The notes under the pieces were generated by a model. The model had not been told where the DNA came from. It saw nothing but the letters and a program-made list of their open reading frames with translations, and did no database searches. Below, in pieces: positions 21,644 through 33,560 of a stretch of 64,000 nt of DNA. The translations under genes and the position numbers were made by a program. Origin of the DNA: Paramoeba atlantica (taxonomy: Eukaryota > Protista > Discosea); the NCBI GenBank assembly GCA_977017575.1, contig CDRNVI010000003.1:496001-560000 (forward strand), in the 5' to 3' direction. Position 1 is the first letter of the stretch. Each line of letters begins with the position of its first letter.

Positions 21644-24154
21644 TACCGTCACCCCCCCCCTCACTTGTCCTACCACGTGACATATCCGCTTTTGAGAATT
21701 TGAGGGCGGATATGTCACGTGGTAGTCCCCTGCCCTTGATCATTTTTGAAAAATTATATTTTTCGTATTTTTTAGTTGCAGATACAGTTGTATTTAATAG
21801 AAACCAGTTACGACTATCTCCACAAAGTACGACACTCAGTCTACAGATATTATCTCTTTAAAAACTATTTGAATCATGATGTCTAGAAAGAAGCGAAACT
21901 ATGAACCATTCAACGCTAGTCAAGTACTAGTACCCATCACTTCGAAAACTGAAAACACAGCGGTGATACCCTATGTGGGAGACACGTCTGGAAGTGTAAT
22001 AAATGCTCAACAGGTTTCCGCATCACAGAGTGCATCTGAGCGAAAAATACGCGTTGACATCACCATCCAGCAAAAGCGTAATATTTGTGCTGCGCTTGAC
22101 AACGGAAAAAGTCAAGCGAAAGTGGCACAAAAATACAAGGTTGACTGTAGCACTGTACGCAAAATTTATTCAAAGAAAAAAGAATGGCAGCAACTTGTGC
22201 ATCTCGGGTACGGAAACAAATTCCAATATCACCCTCCACTCCGAAATCGTGAGGTGTATCAGGGTGGATTGGAAACTGTGCAGGTGTTGAGAGAGTCGCT
22301 AGTTTCAGTGACCAAGAGCATGATGGTCAAATACTTCAACGAAGTTTCTGATCACTTCCGGAACCTTACTGACCGAGGCCAACAGGCATTCTGGTTGCGC
22401 TTTTGTAAGTGGGCAAACATTTCTGTTCGCCGGGTGAACGGTTGCACCCAGTTACTTCCTGTGGATGCAGAAGAAAAAGTGCGAAACTGGAAAGATATGC
22501 TTTCTCTCATGAATGCTGACTGTGGCGGTTACAAAGTAATTGTTCATGGAGACGAAACACCTGTTGCCTGGGAGGCTGTGGCAAATCTAACATATGAATT
22601 TCGTGGAACCAAGCGCGTCAAGATATGTACAACTGGAAAAGAGCGTAACATTACAACTTGTTGGATGTGGTGTCGTTCTTCGAAAAATTGTGATGACACC
22701 TGGTCGCACCTAATGAACCCACCTCACCTGATTTGGAGCGCGCAATCAGAGGTTGGACCCATTGCACAAGAAACCAAGCGAGCCAGCGTGAAATGTAAAT
22801 GTACCAGCACTGCGTCGAAACGGTCGCTACTCGCGTATTATATCTATCAGATATGATAGAGCGATATATAGATATATCGCGCTAGTAAAACGGTCGCTAC
22901 TCGCGTAACTCGAGGTTACGCGGCACATCGCACTAAGGAACTGCTTCTGTACTTGAAGGAAAGGCATATCGATGTTTTGTTTATTCCTGGCGGATGTACC
23001 CCATTAGTACAACTTATGGACACAAGCGTTAACAAAACTTTTAAGAAGAACTACATGGACAAGTTTGCATACTGGCGTGCGGCACGCAGCTTTAAGGCCC
23101 TTGAGGCACCGGAACGCATGCTAATTACTCGTTTTGCGGTTGAAAGCCTTCGTGAAGTGGATCTCGGTGAGCTTAACTCGTGCTTTGAGAAACATTATCT
23201 ACCAGCACTATTCCGAGGACATGAAGAAATATCTTTATCAGCAGTCGACGAGCTGCGTTCAAGCACATTAAGTATAACCTCAGGAATGGAAGAGGCGGAG
23301 CATGAGGCTAGTGCAGTATCTGAGGTGACAAATTTGGTTGAATCTTCTGAAGGAGGTGATAACGAAAGGGATATAGTACACGTTGCGAGTGAGTTGTCAC
23401 AGTTAAGGGTAGAGAATAATAGTTTTTTTGCTGTACCATTTCCAAAATCAAGTGACGTGGCAGTTGTACAAGAGTGTTGCTATTGTACACTTGTGAATCT
23501 CGTCAGACGTGAATGTAGCGAGTATGGTTGTAAACGAACCTTCCATCATATGTGCGCGATTGAAGTCAAGGGGGAGGAAAATGATGACCGTTGTATACTT
23601 CATTAAAGATCAGAAACTGTTTTATTAAAAATGATAGCTGTATTATAATAAAGCAGAATAAATTTAAAGTGCATTTTCTGTTTTAGCGTTATACGTTTTC
23701 CTATATTTCATAAAATTAATATTCGCGCACTTTTTGTTTACTTGGGTTTTTTTACATGCTTTAATTCAGTTGATATTGTTTTTCCCTTGTAAACACCATT
23801 TGTATTCATATACAATGTATTTAATCTATTGTTACGTGGTCTCACGTTATATCTATCGTTCGCGTTATATTCGGAAAGCTGTTCAAACGATAAAGCTACC
23901 GTTTCTGTAAAAAAAACAACTTCCTCTGAAAGTTGGGACCTCCTCGTGGTCTTCCCTGGCACTGCCATCTCGCTGATGGTACTGAAGCCGACCTAATAAG
24001 TTCGAAAAAGAGTTTTTCCATGTACACGGATGTATACAAAAATGTGCCATACAATTCCTCTTGATACTACGTGACTTGTCCTACCACGCGACTTATCCGC
24101 CTTTTCCGCTTTTTTGGCCTTTTCGTCGGGACAAGTGAGGGGGGGGTGACGGTA
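21644..24154 (+). mobile_element. Full-length pogo-like (Tc1/mariner superfamily) DNA transposon with TIRs and TA target duplication
   Basis: Left TA-CCGTCA-C9-TCACTTGTCC (21644-21670); right GGACAAGTGA-G8-TGACGG-TA (24129-24154). Subterminal CTTGTCCTACCACG repeats at both ends; encloses transposase ORFs. Confidence 0.93.
21876..23606 (+). pseudogene. pogo/Tigger-type DDE_1 transposase, broken into two ORFs; C-terminal PHD-like Cys cluster
   Basis: N-terminal HTH (QKRNICAAL...AKVAQKYKVDCSTVRKI), GDETP (first Asp), YAAHR...FIPGGCTPLVQLMDTSVN (third Asp). The site of the second Asp is disrupted at about 22820-22915. Confidence 0.9.
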
Positions 24155-24316
24155 ATCTCTTCACACCAAAGAGATTTGGGTCACCCCAAAATCAAGGTTA
24201 AATAATTTAACTTAAATTTGAAGATTGTAGGTGGAGATTGTAAGAAATTTTATATTTAGAAAATCAGATACAGATAAGGACACAATGATATTTGTGTGTA
24301 TTGCATGCACGTATTC

Positions 24317-25069
24317 TTATTGTAGACCCCATGGCATATGGCTGCGTGGACCATCTGCAGGATGTCGCTTTTGCTCAAGTTCTAAATCTGGGAGAGCGAA
24401 TTCCTGCAGCTCATATTCTCTGTCAAAGGGTCCCGTTCGTGTCAGAACTTTCCTCTTCGACCAATTATCCGTAAATATACCGGACCAGGGGTAGGGTCCT
24501 TTCCAGGGTTTTAATTTCGGTCTCGGTGGGAAGTCATAGTATTGCTCCCCGAAAAGTTCATTTGTTCCCATGCGGTAATTGTACACGTGCTCGAAGTGTG
24601 CCTTTTTGAATTCCCAACCGGCTTGCTCGGACATGAGTCCATTGTGGGAGACAAGAATGACGTCAAATCCTCGATTGGGCTTCTCCACGGCATACATTTC
24701 GCGAAATTCTTTTTCATTTAGCTGGAGGGCGTAGTCAATCTCGTCTCGAGGAATCCAAATTGAGTGGGGAATCCAGAAATGCATTTTCTCCACCTCCATT
24801 CTACAGTCCACTATGTACGTCGTGGGCTCGGGGTATTTCGTCAGCTGGATCAGATCCGCTTTGTATACCTGTCGGCACAACATGTGACGCATGTGGGCCC
24901 AGTGACGCTGTTCAAATTCGAACTTGTGAGAATCATAATACCAAGGCTGAAATTCTCGAGGGTGCCAATTAAACCATTCTCGCGGATTAATCTCCCCGTC
25001 TAGCATAAAGTGATGCCGTGTGCGTCGGTCGGGCCCTCCGAGCAAGAGTTGGCGCACAGGCTTTAACAT
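24317..25069 (-). CDS. Rhodanese-like domain protein, probably mitochondrial and catalytically inactive
   Basis: IVDCR...WIPHSIWIP..EI..AL.L...F...Y...KP....VILVSHNGLMS follows the single-domain rhodanese pattern with His in place of the active Cys. I chose the start at MLKPVRQLL (25069) because it looks like a presequence. Confidence 0.7.
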   Translation of the reverse strand: MLKPVRQLLLGGPDRRTRHHFMLDGEINPREWFNWHPREFQPWYYDSHKFEFEQRHWAHMRHMLCRQVYKADLIQLTKYPEPTTYIVDCRMEVEKMHFWIPHSIWIPRDEIDYALQLNEKEFREMYAVEKPNRGFDVILVSHNGLMSEQAGWEFKKAHFEHVYNYRMGTNELFGEQYYDFPPRPKLKPWKGPYPWSGIFTDNWSKRKVLTRTGPFDREYELQEFALPDLELEQKRHPADGPRSHMPWGLQ

Positions 25070-25521
25070 GAAGTCAAAACAAACACCGAAGAAATAATCG
25101 AAAACTTTTGATATAAATAGAACGTGTCCTGGAGAACGTATTTCTTTGTTCACCATGAAGACCACATTGATAGAGCGTGATAAATTTTTGTAACAAAAAA
25201 AGCGTCTAGATGTGCCTAACTCTCGCATGCGTATCTCTAAAGAAGCAAACATTATTTTTAAAGAGAGCCCAAAAACTTGAATTATAACTTTTAGGGTTTT
25301 AATTACACTAAATTAGGGTAAAAACTGCCTCAAAAAAGATAGATGAATTTAAAGATAATTTATTCAAAGCTGTCATAGTATTCGATTTGGCTGTCCGTAA
25401 GTCTTCTACGGGACGTCACATATTCCTTTTTTTTGGATCCTTTTCAGTAGACCCCTTTCTATAGAAATTTTTTCTATGTATTATTTACCACGTACCGTAA
25501 ACAATTCTACCGAAATTATAC

Positions 25522-27501
25522 TTAAATATTGCAGAGCACGAACCCTGCCGTTACTGTCAGCGCTCCTCCAAAATAAAGAGGCGTAAATGTGTGCGATTTT
25601 ATAAAGAAGTCTAGCACCATAGCGAGGGGAATGGTAAGTGATAGCCCCACAGTAGCAACGAGTGGTGAAGTCAGCACCACGCCTCGGGCCCATAATACAT
25701 CGGAAAGACTGGTACCGACCAGGGCGTTAACAACAAGGGGCCATATCGTGTGCTTCGGCGGGAATAAAAAGGTTTCAGTACCGGTGTAGTGAAGAATCAG
25801 AAATCCGGGCCAGAAAATCAGAGTGTTCACTACCCCCAGTAGTCCAAACACCATCCCCATGCTGTAGTGCCGTTCATCAGGAAGCTGTCGTTTTAGCGCG
25901 ACGGTATAGGCCGCATAGAAAAACGCAGAAACACTCGCGGCCGCCATGCCATATGGTGTGGAGTGCCCTTGATTCGACCCGGTGGCAAATCCCACCATAA
26001 TGGAACCACCAACACAGAGAAGAACGGCACCAAAATGGTGGATGCGGGCCCGCTGACCGAGAATAAAAAAGCTCAGCACGAGCGTCCACACCGAGCTTGT
26101 GGAGCTTAGAATCGTGTTTGTGGACACTGTGGTGGCCGTAAGCGAGGCATTGAACAGCGAGTTGGCGATAAACCACAGAGGACAGAAATACAAGGTGGCC
26201 CACCACAGCCGACGCATGTGGTAGGGCTCTGTGTCCGGCATCACACCCGACTCCTCCCCCTCCGCGGCGTCGTACTCCTTCGTTCCCGGACACGTGCGAG
26301 CCAGGCACACCCGACAGGAGTCCCAGCAACGAGCCCCAGACCGTGGAGTCGCCAGCTCAGCGGTAGGATAACTTGATCGCCCCGTACAGGGCTCCGAGGT
26401 GGGTGGGTTGGTTCGCGTAGAGACCTCTTCCATAGGATCCGGTACCGGTTCCTCCTCCACGCAAGCCCCCACCTTTGGGGTCTTCGCCACCGTATCCCTC
26501 CGACCACACAGCACCCCACGCCAACGGCGACGAAAGATGTACCCGAAATTCCACACGGAGAACCCAAACGTGTTGAAGTAGGTCAAAAAGTACGGCTTGT
26601 TGTATTCCAAATTCCCATAGATGTACTGAATCCACAACGAGGACACAACCCAGATAATCGCCACCGTCACAATCAGAAACACCCCAAAAGCATAATTCGA
26701 GTACGGCAACCACAGACCACACCAGGAAACCGCCCGTTTCACCCCCTCCCACGACCTTTTCACCATCCCTCCCTTTCCACCACCTTCTCCCTCCTCCCCT
26801 CCCCCACCCTTCCCCCCCTGCTCCCCCGTCCCATTTCCCTTTCCCTCCCCATACGACCCCACCGCGGGGGGGAGGTAATACGACGAAGACCCTAACGGGG
26901 ATCGTCCACCACCTCCCCCTCCCATCATCCCTCCCCCACCCATCATCCGTACCCCACCCCCTCCACCACCCCCCATCCGCGCACTCTCCAACGCGTCACA
27001 CGACAGCGCGGAGCGTGCCGTGAGCAGTGGACTACGGGGCTCCGAGGGCACTCCCCCGCCTGTGAGGATATCATCAAAGGAGTGAGCCCCGGGGAGCGTG
27101 GCGGAGAGGGCGCAGGGGACTCGACGCGTGGTGGAGTGGTGGGGAGAGGAAGAGGAAGAGGAGAGGAAGGGGAGACGGGGGAGCAGACGGGACGCGGCAC
27201 TGGTACTCCCCCGGGTGGTACTTGCGGTGGAGGAGCTGCGACTGGGGGCGTAGATGCGGTCCGTGGGGTCGGTGGGGGGTGGGTGACGACCGCTCAGGAT
27301 GTGGTGGGGGTGGTGGGGGTGGTGGGGGTGGTGGGGGTGGTGGGAGAGGGTGAGACCGGAGGGGAGGTCGGAGGGGAGGGCGAGCTCATCGACGGAGAGG
27401 AAGGCGGCGGCGGAGGAGGGGGAGCCGGCGGAGAGGGTGTCGGCGAGACTGGAGGCACCGCCCCAGGGTTCGTCGGGGTCGTTGCTGGTGGTGGGTTTCA
27501 T
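25522..27501 (-). CDS. SLC35F/EamA (DMT superfamily) transporter with long low-complexity N-terminus
   Basis: About 10 hydrophobic segments; YNKPYFLTYFNT, FCPLWFIANSLFNASL..TTVSTNTILSSTSS and LTSPLVATVGLSLTIPLAM..D motifs are typical of SLC35F5/THI74. Confidence 0.88.
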   Translation of the reverse strand: MKPTTSNDPDEPWGGASSLADTLSAGSPSSAAAFLSVDELALPSDLPSGLTLSHHPHHPHHPHHPHHILSGRHPPPTDPTDRIYAPSRSSSTASTTRGSTSAASRLLPRLPFLSSSSSSPHHSTTRRVPCALSATLPGAHSFDDILTGGGVPSEPRSPLLTARSALSCDALESARMGGGGGGGVRMMGGGGMMGGGGGGRSPLGSSSYYLPPAVGSYGEGKGNGTGEQGGKGGGGEEGEGGGKGGMVKRSWEGVKRAVSWCGLWLPYSNYAFGVFLIVTVAIIWVVSSLWIQYIYGNLEYNKPYFLTYFNTFGFSVWNFGYIFRRRWRGVLCGRRDTVAKTPKVGACVEEEPVPDPMEEVSTRTNPPTSEPCTGRSSYPTAELATPRSGARCWDSCRVCLARTCPGTKEYDAAEGEESGVMPDTEPYHMRRLWWATLYFCPLWFIANSLFNASLTATTVSTNTILSSTSSVWTLVLSFFILGQRARIHHFGAVLLCVGGSIMVGFATGSNQGHSTPYGMAAASVSAFFYAAYTVALKRQLPDERHYSMGMVFGLLGVVNTLIFWPGFLILHYTGTETFLFPPKHTIWPLVVNALVGTSLSDVLWARGVVLTSPLVATVGLSLTIPLAMVLDFFIKSHTFTPLYFGGALTVTAGFVLCNI

Positions 27502-27823
27502 GAGGGTGGTGGAGATGTGTGGAATGGAGTTGTGTGGGTGTGGTTCGAGGTTGAGGTGTGTGGGTGGAGGTTTTAAGCCAGGAACATGTGTTGGGTGAAA
27601 GTGAATGCTGAATAGAGAAGAAACCTAACGAGTATTTGGGATATGTTCTTGTGGTAGGAATGGCATCTCAGTAAAAATTAAAATAAAATGATAGGGTCTG
27701 AACATACATCTCCCTTGTACGACAAACGTGTATACAAGCGTGTATAAGCTCATGTTGAGAGAGACACATCGTTTACCAGAACTACTATCATCTGAATTAC
27801 GATCCTTACACTAGTTTAATCTT

Positions 27824-29098
27824 ATGGTGGATACTATTCCTGAGCTTGTCCCTGTGGTGAACAACGCTCCTTCCCCAAAGGTCTCTTATATGGAGCTTTG
27901 CTCCATGAAGCAACTTGGCTTGACCGTGCAATGGAACCTCTTTGGGGCCCTTCCCGGAGCCACTCAGTTTGCTAAAGAACTCGTCAACATTGATCCCGTA
28001 CTGGAGCGCGCATCCGCATGCGCGGACAACTCTATTCACGGTACCCAAGTGATTCGTCGTAACTTGAGTGCCTCGCAACGAGGTGACTTCTCCAGCACGG
28101 ACATAACGCCCCAAGTCAAACTGCGAGATGAACTGTGCGGGGAGGAATCTGTTCTGTTTCGCCCTCCGAGCACCGTTACTGTCCCCGTCGGAGAGTTGGA
28201 AAAGAGCACCCCAAAAAGACATCTGTGAAACGTTCCCATCCTTGTTCGGAACCTAGGAACCCTCGTTGTGGCCCGGAGTTGCACGCATGCCTAACGCGAA
28301 CGGGGTTTAGCGGTGAGGCATGGCTAACACAAGAAGTAAAGCGTCGCGTCTGTAACGCAGTGGGGGGCAGACTGGATATGGTCCACTACGACAAACGTTT
28401 GGCTAGCATGCCGCCGGACACGCGATTCCCGAGCATCGAGGAGGACGGCCTCTGAACCCTCTTCTGCAAATTGGGGTCAATTCTTTTAACGCATCGCCTT
28501 CATGAGGGCGTTGGGGTTGCCGTGAAGACACTGAAAAAGCTTATGGTGAGACAAGCTGCGGACAAGAATAACCTTTTCGCGGATCAGTTGTTGGCAGCAT
28601 GCATGATGCCAAAATTTATAAGAGTACTAGTGTGCATCGTACTCCGCTGTTCACTCACCACAGGATGAAATGTTCTTGGCCGATCTAGGGTACATAGGTT
28701 GTGTGCACTGCCTTGTATCCTATAAGAAAAGTGGCCGTGGTCTCACCGATGATGAAAAACGTGTGAATGAAAGGATTTCACTGATTCGCTCTCGAATTGA
28801 GCGACGTTTTGCACACTTCGACAAGTTTCGTTTTCTTCATGGTACTGATCATGATATGCCATGGGTCAGAGATGCTTTTCAAATTGTTTTTGTAGTTGCG
28901 TATGGACTGCTGGCTACTCAGCCGCAGTATGATTCCATTATAAATTTAAGTTTGAAATCTACAAGTGATGAAGGTGAGTGTTTGTGTAGTAAAGGGTGCG
29001 GTGTAGTTGAGGGTATCGAAAGCGGCAGAGAGTGGGTTAAGGAAAATATAGATGGCGTTGCCTATGAGCCCAAAAAATCAAGTAAGTGCGCTAAATAA
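27824..29098 (+). pseudogene. Decayed PIF/Harbinger (DDE_Tnp_4) transposase
   Basis: C-terminal FLADLGYIG...YKK...LTDDEKRVNERISLIRSRIERRF. The GSMHDAKIYKS motif is readable in a shifted frame at about 28590-28625. Multiple stops and frameshifts upstream. Confidence 0.75.
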
Positions 29099-30585
29099 TA
29101 TTTATGTTCAAGGCTCGTGGTGATTTTGTAGTTATAAATAAGTGTATCAGGGTTACCCATTTCTTTGGTAAAATCACTCGTATATTCCTTTTAGTAGATT
29201 TGTTACTAACCGTATTGATTTGTTACTAACCGCAAATTTCATTCAGATTTACTCTCCAACAATGTCCGGATTCATGAGGCCACGCCTTCGCCTTCTACGC
29301 CCCTGCCCCCCACCCCTACCCATTCTACACTCCGCATTCCTGTTCTTGCACTGAGATAAGTAGGTACACCGCACCGAGATCGCACCGAATCCCCACCCGC
29401 AGCCCCTCACATGTATGCACCTCCGGTAATTCTTTTTTTTATTTGGGTCATTTTTCGACTTTTATAAAAATATATGATTCATAAAAAAATGTTTCATTGA
29501 ATAAATTATGAAACTTTTTTTGAAAATTGTATACCGTTTTTTTATCGAATGGATCGAAAGCGTCATTCCGAAAGTATGGGGAACATTGATCTGCTCCCCT
29601 GGTTTATCGACCAGCACCGCGGTGGATTCCTGAGAAAAAGAGGAAGTGGTTTGCGGAGCTTTTTTTAAATAACTGTGAAAATACATATTTTCTGAAGTGT
29701 TTTCCATTTTTGAGGAACGTCCGTATAAAAAAATATATGAGAAAATTAAGAGTTTGCCAATATCTAGGTGTTGAGAAAAAATACAAGAGAAAAAATATAA
29801 AAACAATTCACCCCTCCCCTAACTCAGCTGCACCCAGACGCACCCACTTGTTTCAACCCTCTGGCTGTAGGTATTTTTAGATATTTTCAAAATGCCTAAA
29901 ATATCGATTACCTAAAACATCAGCACGCATGGTGTGCCAAGGAAAACTATCACGAGGAGCTTGTATCCTGTGATCGTACTGAAAATTGTTGGTTGTGCCC
30001 AATGCAAAACAACCATTCCTGTCGAGGCCACTATGGAGTTCTAGAACCCCCGCTTATCAACTGCGCTCAGCGCAACGTGAAGAGTAAGTTTAAAATGATT
30101 CACGCCCTCACAGGTATTCTAAACCGGCCCCTCGTTTAGGTTAAAAAACAGTTTTGATTTTAGAATTTGGGCAAAAAAATTAAAATTAAATTTCCATTTT
30201 TAAAAATGATGCACAATAAAAAAGTCACAAATTTTTGTTTTCCTGTGTTTCGTTACACAAATAATTGTGTTGAGTGTATTGTCCTTTCCCAATGAAACAC
30301 TAGATTCTATAATTCGGACCGACAAAAGTACAATACATGTGGCTTCCCTCTTCTTTCTTGCTTCTTGAATATTGGCTTCATATCGTGCCTTCCATAATAG
30401 CATCAACAAATATTCCGCTCTCCGTGGAAGCGTTCGTCATTGGACCCAATGCAGTCCCCGGGTGGCCCGTAGTGGACTAAGTGGCACAAGACGACCCACA
30501 GTGGCCCATAGTGGCCCCAAAAATCGAGCGTCGCCGGAGAATCGTGACGACATAGAGGCAAGTGATTCTCTGATAAGTAGCGTAC

Positions 30586-31679
30586 CTAGCTAAGTATAGT
30601 GAGGAGGGGCAACTGTATATGAGCGTAGAGTGTATGATCATAGGGGGTTATTGGTTGAGTGCTGGTGGGGGGATTGTTGTTCACGAAAAAAACATATGCA
30701 TCAAGATTTTTAGGATACGTGTATTTGTCCATCGGACCTGTGATAGTAGAACTGTCAGATACTCCATATCTGGAAGATTGTCCTTTGTGTTCTATTATCT
30801 TCTTTTTAACTGCTTCCACTTTCTCAGGGGTAAGAGGTGGACATCTTCCTTGATGTCCATGTTTATGAAACACTTCCATGTTATGAACCATGAGAGTGCA
30901 CGAAAAAGCATAGTAAAGAAAATCTGGACTACGAGTCCACTGCTTAAAAGCCAGCCATTTGCCACAGCACGAACGAGAAAAAATGTGTTCGACCCGCGAT
31001 CTAAAATGAGCCAACTTTTCATTGAAGCACATTTTACCCTCTGCTTCTGAATCATGATGTTTCTGCACAGACTTAGATTTTGGGCGCTTCGAACACCAAA
31101 TTTGTCTTTAGAATGGGGTACTATTAATCTATCAGTAAGACCATCGTAAAATCCCCCGTCAGCAAGAGCGCGAACACGATTGTGTGCCAGAAAATCCAGA
31201 ATACCACTACAGTCCTGAATAACGGCGTCGGATGAGGCTCCACAGTACAATGTGTCTGCTGTGAAGCAAACATACCCAGACATTGTAGATGCTACGAGCG
31301 CTTTCACGACGTGTGTAGCATATTTGGGTTGATAGCAGTGAGGCAAGCTATCAACGTACAGTGGCACTGTGTCCATCACCACCTTTATGTCCTTATCCCA
31401 AAAAGGAAGAACTGCGTTTGATTCATGGTGCAAAATATCAGAATCCAAACAAAGCCATGTATCCTTCATATCGGAATGCAGTTCTTTAAAAAACGCGGGT
31501 ATCTTGTCAGAACAAGAACGTTCAGACCAACCGGTTCCGAATTTCAAGGATATGAGTTCTGATACAATGTCGTAGCTACCCCCACACCGTAAAAAAAGAA
31601 AGCTCGCAAAAATTTCTTCAAAGGGATAAAATTGTTTTAGAAAGGTGAGAGCGCGATGAGTTAAACCGCATAAAGACAA
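30586..31679 (-). pseudogene. PIF/Harbinger/ISL2EU-type (DDE_Tnp_4) transposase split by a single frameshift
   Basis: Frame 1 has VVMDTVP, YQPKY..HVVK, GASSDAVI and ALADGGF; frame 2 has FNEKLAHFRSRVEHIF. The shift lies between about 31110 and 31050. No ATG seen at the 5' end of frame 1. Confidence 0.85.
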
Positions 31680-31761
31680 CTCTGAATATTTATTTTCGTA
31701 GGGAGCATCAGGTTCAGGTGCATCGCGGGATGTATCAGGTGGTGCGTCACGGGTTTCAGCT

Positions 31762-32225
31762 ATAAACCCCTCACAGCGAATAAGTCACCCCCCTCTTTGT
31801 TTTGTACAACGAGGCTTCGGGGGGTTGCGGCACCACTTTTTCGTTCAAAATTTTGAGATCTGCACGTTCCCGCTGTTTTTAGACCTTTTCACAGATAAGA
31901 AATTAAAACTCATTTTTTTGATGACGCTTTTACAGAGAACGAGATTTCTCGTTTGCAACAAAACTCAGCAAAAACGGACAGAAATAACTGATTTCCTCAT
32001 GGGAGGAAAATATTTAATTAGTTAAAGTGTGAGAAATTGGTCTCTTGAAAAATGTGAAGAAAGTGATAATCCATCTATCGGATGCACGCATTTGAGAGTT
32101 TTGGTTCCATGCTTTAACGCACAAAGTCTTTGTGTTGGGAACAGCAAAATGCAACAAAAATGAGCTCAAACGGACACTTGGCTGAAAAGTTAGAGGGGGG
32201 TGACTTTTCGCTGTGGGGGGTTTAT
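31762..32225. mobile_element. MITE-like element bounded by ~34-bp imperfect inverted repeats
   Basis: ATAAACCCCTCACAGCGAATAAGTCACCCCCCTCT (31762-31796) versus the reverse complement at 32192-32225 (one mismatch, one indel). Internal AAATTTTGAGATCTGCACGTTC also occurs at about 13568-13589. Confidence 0.65.
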
Positions 32226-32584
32226 TAACGGATGCGTCATATTCCGGGGTGTCAATACGACCAAGCATCAGTATCAAGTAGAGGAAAATTATTATGATTT
32301 TATTAGAGGAAAGAAAGATTCTATATTAAATAAAATTCTTTGATTTACGATTTTTTTTGAATTCCTTACTTCCAAATTCCTTACTTGCAACTTTTTCACT
32401 TACAACATAACCGCTTAAAACTTACTTGCGATTTACAGGCCTACAACTTACTTACGACTTTTAAAATGCAAAGTGTTCGAATTTGAAGTTGAAGCAATGC
32501 GGGAAACGCGTTGCCTCTTCGGATTGCTGACCAGGTTTTCATCGTTCCGAACTTCAACTATCTCAACTTCCTGATCTGCGGCAG

Positions 32585-33343
32585 TCAAAGTTTGACGAGG
32601 AGGTCGGCAACGTGAATAAGATGAGCATTCGAAGTCTTTCCCTTCTTGAGAATCCGCAGTTGAACAAGGTCGTCCCGGATAGAAAGAAGTTCAGTAGGAT
32701 CATTCTCCTCCATTGAATTGCCAAGTTTGTCCATAATCTCACCCTGAACTTGGTGAACAAACTTTCGATCAATTTCAAATCTTGAGTCACCTAGAACCGA
32801 CAAAAAACTTGCTACCAACGCAGTCTTTGTGTCTCTCAGAACCTTCTTTTCATTGGCGCGCTTGCCCTCATACAAGTTCCAGAGGTTTCGCAAAAACTCC
32901 TGCAGAGAGCCCCGCTCCTCTGGATGCAACGCATGGTTAAAATACGAGCAAACTGCTTCGGCCGAACGCGAGATATATCTTTTTATAGAAACATCTTTTG
33001 CCCTTTTGATAAGAATAAGGACGTGGGCCACATGTCCGAACGCAAGCTTCGTACCGCAGAGCATGCGACCCACGTACTCAGCACATGCGCTAAGAACATT
33101 TTCTTCCTTCAGACCACGAGCATAAATGTGGTCTAAGGTGTTGGCGGGAAGTCGTTCTCCATCTTGAGGGGAATTGCACAACGGGCAGTAGTTTGAACCT
33201 ATGAGAACTGAAACCCTGTGACACTGAATACAGGGGTCCTTTACATCGCATTCGATGGGACAGGCACACATTACACACGTTCGGGGGTCTCCAAGACTTA
33301 CGTTACGGTCTGCTTTGCAGCGTGGACAAAACATTTTTTCCAT
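32585..33343 (-). CDS. Hypothetical protein with N-terminal double zinc-ribbon (four CxxC) and helical C-terminus, embedded among transposon relics
   Basis: CPRC, CVMC, CIQC and CPLC within the first 56 aa; intact 252-aa ORF with ATG. Confidence 0.65.
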   Translation of the reverse strand: MEKMFCPRCKADRNVSLGDPRTCVMCACPIECDVKDPCIQCHRVSVLIGSNYCPLCNSPQDGERLPANTLDHIYARGLKEENVLSACAEYVGRMLCGTKLAFGHVAHVLILIKRAKDVSIKRYISRSAEAVCSYFNHALHPEERGSLQEFLRNLWNLYEGKRANEKKVLRDTKTALVASFLSVLGDSRFEIDRKFVHQVQGEIMDKLGNSMEENDPTELLSIRDDLVQLRILKKGKTSNAHLIHVADLLVKL

Positions 33344-33560
33344 TTTAGTAGCCTTATTACTGTGAAACAGACGTTTAATTCTAGATGTACATAGTTACTT
33401 CATTTCGTTCTATTTTACAACTGCTGTACGTGGTCGACCAAAAATACATGAGAACGAAATCCTTACGAACTCAATATACACAACTTAAAAGCAATCAAAA
33501 TGCACAACTTAAACTTTGAAGTGTCCAATCGTGGCACCGATTGTCCCATAGTGGCCCACA

